Origin: Acidobacteriota bacterium
GTDB lineage: Bacteria > Acidobacteriota > Vicinamibacteria > Fen-336
DNA length: 64,000 nt
Direction of reading: 5' to 3'
NCBI GenBank assembly: GCA_003222275.1
Contig: QHVJ01000150.1
Span: forward strand, 10,518 to 74,517
Below the pieces are notes generated by a model. It was not told where the DNA came from. It did no database searches and saw only the letters and a list, made by a program, of their open reading frames with translations. Made by a program: the position numbers and the translations under genes. Position 1 is the first letter of the stretch; every line of letters begins with the position of its first letter. Shown here one piece after another: positions 19,101-27,837 of this stretch.

Positions 19101-21230
19101 CTACTTGCCCCTCTTGCTCTCGGCCGGCACGGGAAATCCTCGCTTGCGCATCAGGGCGGCGATGCCGGGGTCGCGGCCGCGGAACGCGCGGTACGCTTCG
19201 GCGGGGTCCACGGTATTGCCGGCGGAGAACACGTTGTCGTGGAGCCGCTTGGCCACTGCCTTGTCGTAGGGACCGCCGGCCTCGGTGAACGCCTCCCAGG
19301 CGTCGGCAGACAGCGTGTCCGACCACAGGTAGCTGTAGTAGCCGGCCGAGTAGCCGTCGCCCGAGAACACGTGGCCGAACTGGGGCGTGCGGTGGCGCAT
19401 CACGATCTCGGACGGCATGCCGAGCGCCTTCAGCGTGTCGCGCTCGAACGCGTCGGGATCGATCGTCTGTTCCCCCGCCAGGTGCAGCTTCATGTCGACG
19501 AGCGCGCTCGCCAGGTACTCGACGGTCGCGAAGCCCTGGTTGAAGGTGGAGGCCTTCTCGATCTTGTCCACCAGCGCGGGCGGGATCGGCTGGCCGGTCT
19601 GGTAGTGGAGCGCGAAGCGGTTCAACACCTCGGGCGTCGACAGCCAGTGCTCGAGCAGCTGCGACGGGAACTCCACGTAGTCGCGGGCCACGCTCGTGCC
19701 CGACAGCGACGGGTAGCGGACCTTCGAGTTCAGGCCGTGGAGCGCGTGGCCGAACTCGTGGAAGAGCGCGATGGCGTCGTCCCACGAGATGAGGATCGGC
19801 TCGCCGGGCGGGCCCTTCACGAAGTTTGTGTTGTTGGAGACGATGGTGGTGATCGGGCGCTCGAAGCTCTCCTGGTTGCGGTAGGCGTTCATCCAGGCCC
19901 CGGAGTTCTTGCCTGTCCGCGCGTAGGGGTCGAAATACCAGAGCCCCACCAGCGTGCCGGACGGGTCGGTGACCTTGAACACGCGCATGTCCGGGTTGTA
20001 GACGGGGATGCCGTCGACCGGGGTGAAGGTGAAGCCGAACAGCTGCCCGGCCACCCAGAACATCCCCTCGCGCAGCTTCTCGAGCTGGAGGTAGGGCTTC
20101 ACCTCGTTCTGGTCGAGGTCGTACTTTGCCTTGCGCACCTTCTCGGCGTAATAGCGGTAATCCCAGGGCTCGATCTTGATCTTCGCGCCCTCCTTGTCCG
20201 CGACCGCCTGCATGTCGGCGACTTCCTCGCGGACGCGGGCCACCGCCGGCTTCCACACCGCCTCCATCAGCTCCAGGGCCCGCTCCGGGGTGCCGGCCAT
20301 CGTGTTCTCCAGCCGCCAGTGGGCGTGGGTCCGGTAGCCGAGCAGCTTCGCCCGCTCGGCGCGCAGCTTCAGGATCTCCGTGATGATCGCGTTGTTGTCG
20401 TGGGCGTCGCCGTGGTCGCCGCGGCTGTAGAAGGTGCGCCAGACCTTCTCGCGCAGGTCGCGGCGGTCGGAGTAGGTGAGGAACGGCTCCATGCTCGACC
20501 GCGTGTTGAGCACGGCCCACTTGCGCTTCTGGCCCCGCTGCTCGGCGGCGGCGGCCGCGGCGGAGCGCAGCGAGTCGGGCAGGCCGGCGAGGTCGGACTC
20601 CTGGTCGAGGAAGAGGACGTAGTCCGCCTCGTCGGCGAGCAGGTTCTGGCTGAACCTCGTGTAGAGCGCGGCCAGCCGCTGGTTGATCTCCGAGAGCCGC
20701 TTCTTGGCCGCGGGGTCGAGCCGGGCGCCCGCGCGGACGAAGTTGGTGTAGTCGAGCCACGCCAGGCGCTTCTGCTCCGAGGTGAGCTTCGCGGCGTCCC
20801 GCGCCCCGTACACCGCGGCGATGCGCGCGAAGAGCTTCTCGTTCTGCGTGATCTGGTCGGAGAACGCGGCCAGCTTCGGGGCCATCTCCTCCTCGACCTT
20901 CTGGAAGTCCGGCGTGCTCATGGTCCCGCTGTAGACGCCGAAGATCGTTCCCACGCGGTCGAGGGTGCGGCCCGAGCGTTCGAGCGCGGCCAGCGTGTTC
21001 TCGAAAGTCGGCGGTGCGGGGTCGTTCGCGATCTTGTCGACCTCGGCCAGCTGCTCCGCCATCGCCGCCGCGAGGGCGGGCTGGAAGTGCTCGACTTTCA
21101 CCTTGTCGAAGGGCGGAACGCCCCCGTAGGGTCCGGTCCACGGCGCCAGCAGCGGGTTCTGCACGGTGGCCTCCGCGGCCAGGGATGCTATCGCGACCGC
21201 ACCGGCGGTCGCGATGAGGACTCTGATCAT
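19101..21230 (-). CDS. dcp: Peptidyl-dipeptidase Dcp (M3 family zinc metallopeptidase), secreted
   Basis: Start MIRVLIATAGAVAIASLAA (signal peptide) with RBS GGAGAGG. HEFGHALHG zinc motif; M3A family length. The ORF track's longer N-terminus (to 21542) is unsupported. Confidence 0.85.
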   Translation of the reverse strand: MIRVLIATAGAVAIASLAAEATVQNPLLAPWTGPYGGVPPFDKVKVEHFQPALAAAMAEQLAEVDKIANDPAPPTFENTLAALERSGRTLDRVGTIFGVYSGTMSTPDFQKVEEEMAPKLAAFSDQITQNEKLFARIAAVYGARDAAKLTSEQKRLAWLDYTNFVRAGARLDPAAKKRLSEINQRLAALYTRFSQNLLADEADYVLFLDQESDLAGLPDSLRSAAAAAAEQRGQKRKWAVLNTRSSMEPFLTYSDRRDLREKVWRTFYSRGDHGDAHDNNAIITEILKLRAERAKLLGYRTHAHWRLENTMAGTPERALELMEAVWKPAVARVREEVADMQAVADKEGAKIKIEPWDYRYYAEKVRKAKYDLDQNEVKPYLQLEKLREGMFWVAGQLFGFTFTPVDGIPVYNPDMRVFKVTDPSGTLVGLWYFDPYARTGKNSGAWMNAYRNQESFERPITTIVSNNTNFVKGPPGEPILISWDDAIALFHEFGHALHGLNSKVRYPSLSGTSVARDYVEFPSQLLEHWLSTPEVLNRFALHYQTGQPIPPALVDKIEKASTFNQGFATVEYLASALVDMKLHLAGEQTIDPDAFERDTLKALGMPSEIVMRHRTPQFGHVFSGDGYSAGYYSYLWSDTLSADAWEAFTEAGGPYDKAVAKRLHDNVFSAGNTVDPAEAYRAFRGRDPGIAALMRKRGFPVPAESKRGK

Positions 21231-21312
21231 GTATGCCTCTCCATTATTGCCGCCCATCCAACCCCCCATTTTAGCGCGAGCCGTTGTTAAAGTTGGTGAA
21301 GGGGGAGGAACG

Positions 21313-21804
21313 ATGGCCGAGCAGGCGGAGGGCGACGCGGTCCGCGCGGGCCTGAGCGAGGCGGAGATGCGCGAGCGGGTGATCCGGCTCGCCTTCGGCG
21401 GAGATCCCCGCCGGCTGGACCAGTTCTGCGCGGCGGTCCGCGAGGCCCTCCCCCCGGACACGGCCGCCGTCCTGCGCGGGAGCGCCGTCACCGGGTACCG
21501 CCACGACGACCACGCGCCGTTCGACGCCGACGGCGCCGGCACGAGCGACCTCGACCTGACCCTGGTGGGCGACGAAGTCGTCGGGCTCTACAGCGCGTTC
21601 TGGATCCCCGGGATCAACAGCCGCCCGCTCAGCGACGAGGACCCCGACATCTGTCCCGCGCTGGTGCCGCTGCGGCGCCGCCTGATGCAGATGGTCGGGC
21701 GCCCGGTGAACATCCAGGGCACGCGCGACTGGATCATGTTCGTGCGCGAGCACCTGATGGGCCAGCCGTACCTCATGCTCGTGGGCAAGCTCGAGAGCCC
21801 GTGA
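21313..21804 (+). CDS. Minimal nucleotidyltransferase (Pol-beta superfamily)-like hypothetical protein
   Basis: Start MAEQAEG with RBS GGGGGAGGA. Pol-beta NTase signature RGSAVTG-x13-GTSDLDLTLV (GS...DhDh). Confidence 0.45.
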   Translation: MAEQAEGDAVRAGLSEAEMRERVIRLAFGGDPRRLDQFCAAVREALPPDTAAVLRGSAVTGYRHDDHAPFDADGAGTSDLDLTLVGDEVVGLYSAFWIPGINSRPLSDEDPDICPALVPLRRRLMQMVGRPVNIQGTRDWIMFVREHLMGQPYLMLVGKLESP

Positions 21805-21805
21805 G

Positions 21806-22552
21806 GTGCGGCTGCTCACCTACAACATCCGCTTCGGGGGAGCAGGGCGCGTGGGGGCGCTGGCGGCCGTCGTCAACCACTGCGCCCCCGACGTGGTGGT
21901 GCTGCAGGAGGCGACCCTTCCGCCCGTCGTCGAGCAGCTGGCCGCGGCGACCGGCATGACCGCCTGGGGCGCGCGGCCGCGGCAATCCCTCGCCTTCATG
22001 AGCCGCGTGCCCATCGCGCACCACGAGTGGCACCGCCCGCGGGCGAGCCGCCGTGCTTTCCTCGAGATCGTGCCCGCCGCCGGCTCCCTGCGGATCTTCG
22101 GCGTCCATCTGAGCGCCGTCCATTCCAACTGGACGGAGCGGCGGCGGGTGAGGGAGCTGCGCGCGATCCGGCAGGGCGTCGCTCGCTACCAGGGCGATTT
22201 CCACGTCGTCGCCGGCGACTTCAACACCCTCGCCCCCGGGGAGGAGCTGGACCTGCGCAAGCTGCCCCCGCGGCTACGGGCGATCGTCTGGCTCACGGGC
22301 CGACGGATCCGGTGGGAGACGATCCAGATCATGCTCGACGCCTCGTACGTCGACGGCTACCGTTCCCTGCACGGCCACGACCCCGGGTACACGTTCCCCA
22401 CCTGGGACCCCCACGTGCGCCTCGACTACGTGTTCGTCCCTTTCGCCTGGTCCCGGCGTCTCGCCGACTGCGCGGTCGTGAGCGACCATCCCGCGCTCGC
22501 CCAGGCCTCCGACCACCTCCCCCTGCGGGCGGAGGTGGAGCTCGAGCCTTGA
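21806..22552 (+). CDS. Endonuclease/exonuclease/phosphatase (EEP) family protein
   Basis: EEP motifs LLTYNIRFG, VVVLQEA, GDFN, SDHLPL. GTG start 2 nt after the upstream NTase stop. Confidence 0.75.
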   Translation: MRLLTYNIRFGGAGRVGALAAVVNHCAPDVVVLQEATLPPVVEQLAAATGMTAWGARPRQSLAFMSRVPIAHHEWHRPRASRRAFLEIVPAAGSLRIFGVHLSAVHSNWTERRRVRELRAIRQGVARYQGDFHVVAGDFNTLAPGEELDLRKLPPRLRAIVWLTGRRIRWETIQIMLDASYVDGYRSLHGHDPGYTFPTWDPHVRLDYVFVPFAWSRRLADCAVVSDHPALAQASDHLPLRAEVELEP

Positions 22553-22584
22553 CACCGTCCGGTTTTAGACTTAGTCTAAACAGC
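22549..22584 (+). promoter_or_regulatory. Putative sigma70-like promoter (TTGACA-17-TAGTCT) with embedded 8-1-8 palindrome TTTAGACTtAGTCTAAA (22564..22580) immediately upstream of the perR-like ATG
   Basis: Perfect inverted repeat in an AT-rich island of a 70% GC genome. The -10 lies about 7 nt before the ATG at 22585, implying a leaderless mRNA. Confidence 0.45.
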
Positions 22585-22998
22585 ATGACGCGGGACGTGC
22601 CGGGCATCCTCCGGCAGCACGGCATCCAGCCCTCGGCGCAGCGGGTGGCGGTGGCGGCCTTCGTGCTCGAGACCGAAGCCCACCCCTCGGCCGACCAGGT
22701 CTTCGCCGCCGTTCGCAAGAGGCTGCCCGTGCTGTCCCGGGCCACCGTCTACAACACGCTGCACCTGATGGTGAAGAAGGGCCTGCTGCGCGAGCTGGTG
22801 CTGGCGCCGGGCCGGGTGGTGTTCGACCCCAAGACGGGCCCCCACCACCACTTCATCGAGGAGAGGACGGGCCGCATCCACGACATCCCCTGGGAGGCGG
22901 TGGACGTGTCGCGGGTGGGCTCGCTGAAGGGGTTCGAGGTGCACGAGTACCAGGTCGTGATGAAGGGCCGCGCGGCGGGCGCTCGCCCGCGCCGGTGA
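22585..22998 (+). CDS. Fur-family transcriptional regulator, PerR-like (peroxide-responsive)
   Basis: Fur family DNA-binding and metal-binding regions (HHHF, C-terminal dimerisation domain); directly upstream of ahpC-ahpD. Confidence 0.8.
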   Translation: MTRDVPGILRQHGIQPSAQRVAVAAFVLETEAHPSADQVFAAVRKRLPVLSRATVYNTLHLMVKKGLLRELVLAPGRVVFDPKTGPHHHFIEERTGRIHDIPWEAVDVSRVGSLKGFEVHEYQVVMKGRAAGARPRR

Positions 22999-23062
22999 CG
23001 CTCTCTTTTTGGCCGCTTGATTGGACGCTGTCTAGAACTGGAAGAAGTACAAAGGAGGATCC

Positions 23063-23602
23063 ATGCTGACCGTTGGCGACAAGTTCCCGCCCTTCAAGCT
23101 CCAGGCGGTGGTGAGCCGCGAGAAGGGCCGCGAGTTCCAGGAGATCACGGAGAAGAGCCACCCCGGCCAGTGGACGGTGGCGTTCCTGTGGCCCATGGAC
23201 TTCACGTTCGTGTGCCCGACCGAGATCGCGGAGTTCGGCCGCCGCCACCGCGACTTCCAGGACCGGGACGCGCAGGTGCTGGGGATCAGCACCGACACGC
23301 ACTTCGTCCACCTCGCGTGGCGCAACGATCACGAGGACCTCCGGGACCTGCCCTTCCCGATGGTGGCCGACACGAAGCGCGAGCTGTCGTCCGCGCTCGG
23401 GGTGCTGCACAAGCAGGAGGGAGTGCCCCTGCGGGCGACCTTCATCGTCGATCCCGAGGGCACGATCCGCTTCGCCTCGGTGAACGACCTGTCGGTCGGG
23501 CGCAACGTGGACGAGGTGCTGCGGGTGCTGGACGCGCTGCAGACGGACGAGCTCTGCCCCTGCAACTGGAAGAAGGGCGAGCCCACCCTCGAGGTGGCGT
23601 GA
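23063..23602 (+). CDS. ahpC: Peroxiredoxin AhpC
   Basis: FTFVCPTE peroxidatic Cys motif; C-terminal resolving Cys (ELCPCNW). Confidence 0.85.
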   Translation: MLTVGDKFPPFKLQAVVSREKGREFQEITEKSHPGQWTVAFLWPMDFTFVCPTEIAEFGRRHRDFQDRDAQVLGISTDTHFVHLAWRNDHEDLRDLPFPMVADTKRELSSALGVLHKQEGVPLRATFIVDPEGTIRFASVNDLSVGRNVDEVLRVLDALQTDELCPCNWKKGEPTLEVA

Positions 23603-24150
23603 TGGGAACGGAGCTGGAGGCGGTCCGGGACATGCTGCCGGAGGCGGCCAAGGACATCCGCCTGAACCTGCAGTCGGTGCTGCAGGGCGGGCCGCTCACC
23701 CCGGCCCAGCGGTGGGGGACGGCCGTCGCGGCCGCCCTCGCCGCCCGCAACCCCCGACTGCGCGATGCGCTCGTGGCGGAGGCGCGGCGGGAGGTGGAAG
23801 AGGCCGTGATCGAGGACGCGCGGGCGGCGGCGGCGATCATGGCGATGAACAACGTCTACTACCGGTTCCGGCACATCGTGGGCAAGGCGTCCTACGGCGA
23901 GAAGCCGGCGCGCCTGCGCATGAACCGCCTCGTGCAGCCGGCGGGCAGCAAGGTGGACTTCGAGCTCTACGCGCTGGCGGTGAGCGCCCTCAACGGGTGC
24001 GAGACCTGCGTGCAGGCCCACGAGCGCACGGTGCTCGAGGGCGGGCTGACCGAGGACCACGTGCACGACGCCGTCCGCATCGCGGCCACGGTCAAGGCCG
24101 CGGCCGTCGCGCTGGAAATGGTGGAGGCGCCGGCGGCGATGACGGCCTAA
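23602..24150 (+). CDS. ahpD: Alkylhydroperoxidase AhpD (carboxymuconolactone decarboxylase family)
   Basis: ATGA overlap with ahpC. AhpD core LNGCETCVQAH (CxxC-H). Confidence 0.8.
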   Translation: MGTELEAVRDMLPEAAKDIRLNLQSVLQGGPLTPAQRWGTAVAAALAARNPRLRDALVAEARREVEEAVIEDARAAAAIMAMNNVYYRFRHIVGKASYGEKPARLRMNRLVQPAGSKVDFELYALAVSALNGCETCVQAHERTVLEGGLTEDHVHDAVRIAATVKAAAVALEMVEAPAAMTA

Positions 24151-25145
24151 GAGCCCGTGACGGCGCGAATCGCCAGGTAGCTGATCGCCGCCACCAGGGC
24201 GGCGAGGGGGATGGTGAGGATCCACGCCCACACGATGGTTCCCGCCACCCCCCATTTCACCGCGGAGATCCGCCGCGTGGCTCCCACCCCGATGATCGCG
24301 CCCGTGATCGTGTGCGTGGTGGACACCGGGATGCCGAGATGCGTGGCCAGGAACAGCGTGATCGCGCCGGAGGTCTCGGCGCAGAAGCCGCCGAAGGGCT
24401 GAAGCTTCGTGATCTTGGTGCCCATCGTCTTGACGATGCGCCAGCCGCCGAACATCGTGCCGAGCGCGATGGCGGCGTGGCAGGTGATGATGACCCAGAA
24501 GGGGATCTCGAAGCCCTGGTGGTAGCCGGCGGTGACGAGCAGGCCGGTGATGATGCCCATCGTCTTCTGGGCGTCGTTGCCGCCGTGGCCGAGGCTGTAG
24601 AGCGCGGCGGAGACGAGCTGCATCCGCCGGAAGAGCTGGTCGAGCCGAAAGGGGTGCCAACGCCGGAAGATCCACGTCACGGACACCATGAGGACGAAAC
24701 CCAGGAACGCGCCCATGACCGGCGCGAGCACGATGAAGATCAGGGTCTTCGTCCATCCCGAGAGAAGGATTGCGCTCGTCCCCGCCCGCGCCACGGCGGC
24801 GCCGGCGTAGCCGCCGATGAGCGCGTGCGACGAGGAGACTGGCAGCCCGTAGTACCACGTGAACAGGTTCCACGTGATGGCGCCGATGAGGCCGGCGAGG
24901 ATCACGTGCTGGTTCACGACCGTGATGTCGATCATCCCCTTGCCCATCGTCTTGGCCACGGCGGTGCCCATGACGAAGGCGGCCACGAAGTTGAAGAAGG
25001 CGGCCCACAACACCGCCTTCTGCGGAGAGAGCACGCGCGTGGAGACGACGGTGGCGATCGAGTTGGCGGCGTCGTGGAAGCCGTTCAGGAAGTCGAAGGT
25101 GAGCGCGACCAGGATGATGAAGACGACGCCGAGGTCGAAGGTCAA
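24147..25145 (-). CDS. pit: Inorganic phosphate transporter, PiT family
   Basis: PiT signature LTFDFLNGFHDAANSIATVV and internal repeat GGNDAQKTMGII. TTG start inferred at 25145, just after the upstream DUF47 stop; the ORF track's longer N-terminus would overlap DUF47. Confidence 0.8.
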   Translation of the reverse strand: MTFDLGVVFIILVALTFDFLNGFHDAANSIATVVSTRVLSPQKAVLWAAFFNFVAAFVMGTAVAKTMGKGMIDITVVNQHVILAGLIGAITWNLFTWYYGLPVSSSHALIGGYAGAAVARAGTSAILLSGWTKTLIFIVLAPVMGAFLGFVLMVSVTWIFRRWHPFRLDQLFRRMQLVSAALYSLGHGGNDAQKTMGIITGLLVTAGYHQGFEIPFWVIITCHAAIALGTMFGGWRIVKTMGTKITKLQPFGGFCAETSGAITLFLATHLGIPVSTTHTITGAIIGVGATRRISAVKWGVAGTIVWAWILTIPLAALVAAISYLAIRAVTGS

Positions 25146-25153
25146 GGCCTGGC

Positions 25154-25807
25154 TCAGGCGTTCTTCACGAGCACGTTGCCGAGGGCGTGGGTGAAGTCCT
25201 TGCACTCGTCGCAGGCGTCTTCCAGGCCCTGGTAGATCTCCTTCCACTTCATGATCTCGAGCGGCTTCTTGCCCTCGCCGCCGCGGAAGAGCTCGGCGAT
25301 CACGCTGAAGTAGACGGTGTCGGCCTCGTTCTCGAGCTGGGAGATCCGGACGATCGACTCCCGGATGACCTTGTCGTTCCCGAGGTCCCAGATGAGGGAG
25401 GTCGCCTTGTGGATCTCCTCGACCATCGACACGATGATCTCGGCGAACTTCCGCAGCGGCGGCGGGCTCTCGCCGATCTCGAACAGGATCAAGAACTGGG
25501 CCACCCCCTCCAGGTAGTCGAGGATGTCGTCGAGGTCGCTGGCGATGACGCGGATGTCCTCCCGGTCGAGCGGCGTGATGAACGTCGAGTTGAGGGCGTC
25601 GAAGATCTCCTTCGTGATCTGGTCGCCCTCGTGCTCCAGCGCCTTCAGCTCCGCCACCTTCGTCCGGCGCACGTCCAGGCTCTGGCTGGCCGCGATCTCG
25701 CCGAAGAGGCGCGCGGCCCGCAGGAGGTGCTGGGTGTCGCGGTCCAGCAGCTCGTGAAACCGCTCCTCCTTCGGCATGAAGAACTTGACGATCTTGTCGC
25801 CTCGCAT
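25154..25807 (-). CDS. DUF47 (PhoU-like, TIGR00153) Pit accessory protein
   Basis: DUF47 family organisation, upstream of and co-directional with pit. Confidence 0.8.
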   Translation of the reverse strand: MRGDKIVKFFMPKEERFHELLDRDTQHLLRAARLFGEIAASQSLDVRRTKVAELKALEHEGDQITKEIFDALNSTFITPLDREDIRVIASDLDDILDYLEGVAQFLILFEIGESPPPLRKFAEIIVSMVEEIHKATSLIWDLGNDKVIRESIVRISQLENEADTVYFSVIAELFRGGEGKKPLEIMKWKEIYQGLEDACDECKDFTHALGNVLVKNA

Positions 25808-25988
25808 GCCTCGACCCCCCTCGATACCGACGACAATGACATCGACGCTACTTTTTGGTGATGTTCCCGTGATCGTAGCACGGCCGCAATTCCTCTTGCG
25901 TTCCGGCCCCCGCCCTGCACTCGTGCCCCTGGCTCGAGCCGTCGTCGTTCCGAATGCGGCGTGCCCCGAATGCGGCTCCGCTTGATCC

Positions 25989-26024
25989 TTGACAAAACCT
26001 ATAGTTCTAGTATATTGGAACTAT
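25989..26024 (+). promoter_or_regulatory. arsR promoter/operator: TTGACA-16-TATATT with inverted repeat ATAGTTC-N10-GAACTAT overlapping the -10 and the arsR ATG
   Basis: Near-consensus sigma70 hexamers in an AT-rich island. The -10 is about 7 nt before the ATG at 26023 (leaderless); the dyad typical of ArsR/SmtB operators overlaps -10/+1. Confidence 0.5.
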
Positions 26025-26352
26025 GGATGAGAAACGGGCAGTGGCCGCCCTCGGGGCGCTGGCCCAGGAATCGCGCCTGAAAGTGTTCCGCCTCCTCGTG
26101 CGCCGAGGGCCGTCGGGCCTGGCCGCGGGCGAGATCAGCCAGCGTGTGGGCGTGCCGCCTACGACGCTTTCCTTCCATCTGGCGCAGCTGAACCGCGCCG
26201 GGCTCGTGACCTCGCGGCGAGAGGGCCGCTCCATCCTCTACGCGGCGGACTACGACGGCATGCAAACCCTGATGGGCTTCCTGGTCGACCACTGCTGCCA
26301 GGATGGAACCGGTTGCGCGCCGCCCGAAGCGGCGCCAAGGAGACGAAGATGA
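26023..26352 (+). CDS. arsR: ArsR/SmtB family metalloregulator
   Basis: HTH ArsR family (ESRLKVFRLL...GEISQRVGVPPTTLSFHLAQL). C-terminal Cys cluster CCQDGTGC. Confidence 0.85.
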   Translation: MDEKRAVAALGALAQESRLKVFRLLVRRGPSGLAAGEISQRVGVPPTTLSFHLAQLNRAGLVTSRREGRSILYAADYDGMQTLMGFLVDHCCQDGTGCAPPEAAPRRRR

Positions 26353-27167
26353 CCGAAGAGCTGGTACGGAAGGTCCGGGAGCGCTATGCCCAGATTGCCG
26401 AAGGACAGGTCAGCGGGTGCTGCGGCCCGCAGACTTCGGGGTGCGGGTCCGAGTCCGCGGTGACCCTCGGCGTCGGGTACGACGCGAGCGAGCTGGCTCT
26501 AGTGCCCGCCGAGGCGAATCTGGGCCTGGGCTGCGGCGCCCCCATCGGCTTCCTGTCGCTGAAAGCCGGCGAGACCGCTCTCGACCTCGGCTCGGGGCCG
26601 GGCCTGGACACGTTCCTCGCCGCCCGTCAGGTCGGGCCGGAGGGCCGCGTGATCGGGGTCGACATGACGCCGGCGATGCTGGAGCGCGCCCGCGCGAACG
26701 CCGCCAAGATCGGCGTCTCGCACGTGGAGTTCCGGGAGGGCCGGCTGGAGGCGCTGCCCGTCGAGAGCTCCTCGATCGACGCCGTGACCAGCAACTGCGT
26801 GATCAACCTGGTGCCGGACAAGCGGGCGGTTTTCGCGGAGATCGCGAGGGTGCTGCGGCCCGGCGGGCGCGTGGTGATCTCGGACATCCTGCTCGACGGA
26901 CGGCTTCCGGCGGTGGTCGAGCAGGACCTGCTCGCCTACGTGGGCTGCGTCTCGGGGGCGATGAGACGCGAGGAGTATTTCGCCCTCGTGGGCGCGGCCG
27001 GACTCGAGAAGGTGGAGGTCCTTCGGGACGTGGACTACCTGGCCACGCTCATCGAATCCGCCCCCGATGAGGTGGGCGCGCTCGAGGCGCGAACGGGCGT
27101 CACCCGAGAACAGGTTCTCGGTCGCGTGCACTCCGTGACCTTCCGCGCCGAGAAGCCGGCGCGCTGA
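26349..27167 (+). CDS. arsM: Arsenite S-adenosylmethionine methyltransferase ArsM
   Basis: ATGA overlap with arsR. N-terminal Cys pairs (GCCGP...GCGSE); SAM-MTase motif LDLGSGPGLD; ArsM C-terminal region. Confidence 0.8.
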   Translation: MTEELVRKVRERYAQIAEGQVSGCCGPQTSGCGSESAVTLGVGYDASELALVPAEANLGLGCGAPIGFLSLKAGETALDLGSGPGLDTFLAARQVGPEGRVIGVDMTPAMLERARANAAKIGVSHVEFREGRLEALPVESSSIDAVTSNCVINLVPDKRAVFAEIARVLRPGGRVVISDILLDGRLPAVVEQDLLAYVGCVSGAMRREEYFALVGAAGLEKVEVLRDVDYLATLIESAPDEVGALEARTGVTREQVLGRVHSVTFRAEKPAR

Positions 27168-27319
27168 AGGAGATCGTCGCCCCGCCCGCGGGGACCGGGC
27201 CGTCACCACGTCGCCTCTCGACGGTCACGCTCCGGTCGGGCCGGCCACCGATGCTCTGGCCCATGAGCTTCGCCGGCGTCCTCGATTCAGACGAGAATGC
27301 GGTTCAGGGAGCCGCCACC

Positions 27320-27730
27320 GTGGACAGGGTGATCTTCGCCTGCGTACGCAGCGCCGGCCGGTCGCAGATGGCGGCCGCGTTCTTCAACCGGCTCGCCGAT
27401 CCTGAGAAGGCGCGCGCCGTGTCGGCCGGCACCGAGCCCGCGGAGCGCGTCCATCCCGAGGTCGTCGAAGCGATGCGCGAGGCCGGCTACGACCTGTCCG
27501 GTGCCCGGCCCTCGCTCCTGCAGAAAGAGCTGGCCACCCCCGCGAGCCTGCTCGTCACGATGGGCTGCGGCGAGGCCTGCCCCTACGTACCGGGGCTCCG
27601 CCGGGAGGATTGGGCTCTCGATGATCCCAAGGGGCGGGACAAGGACGAGGTGCGCCGGATCCGAGACCAGGTCCGCGGCCGCGTCGAGAGGCTGGTCGCC
27701 GCGAACCGCTGGGCAGGTCCGTCGTCCTGA
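27320..27730 (+). CDS. arsC: Arsenate reductase ArsC (LMW-PTP / thioredoxin-coupled type)
   Basis: GTG start after RBS AGGGAG. P-loop CVRSAGRS (CX5R) and downstream Cys residues. The ORF track's longer N-terminus (27251) lacks an RBS. Confidence 0.7.
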   Translation: MDRVIFACVRSAGRSQMAAAFFNRLADPEKARAVSAGTEPAERVHPEVVEAMREAGYDLSGARPSLLQKELATPASLLVTMGCGEACPYVPGLRREDWALDDPKGRDKDEVRRIRDQVRGRVERLVAANRWAGPSS

Positions 27731-27766
27731 TCCGGCCGCGGCCGGCCCCGCCGCTTCTTTACCCTC

Positions 27767-27799
27767 CCGTGATCTGCCCGTCACACTACCGTCACACCG
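27767..27799 (+). promoter_or_regulatory. Putative Pho box: three tandem 11-bp units CCGTGATCTGC / CCGTCACACTA / CCGTCACACCG about 40 bp upstream of the porin-pst operon
   Basis: 7-bp direct repeats (CCGTCAC) separated by 4 bp match the PhoB box architecture CTGTCAT-N4-CTGTCAC; located upstream of a pstS-containing operon. Confidence 0.5.
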
Positions 27800-27837
27800 A
27801 GAGCACATCTTGGGGCTGTTCCACCGAGGAGGCTGAT

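Noticed and set aside
18982-21290. Overlapping 719-aa (-) and 683-aa (+) ORFs across the dcp locus
   Set aside because: Both are alternate-frame or antisense to the M3 peptidase gene, which has HEFGH, a signal peptide and an RBS. Composition is RGRP/GEVL-rich low complexity.
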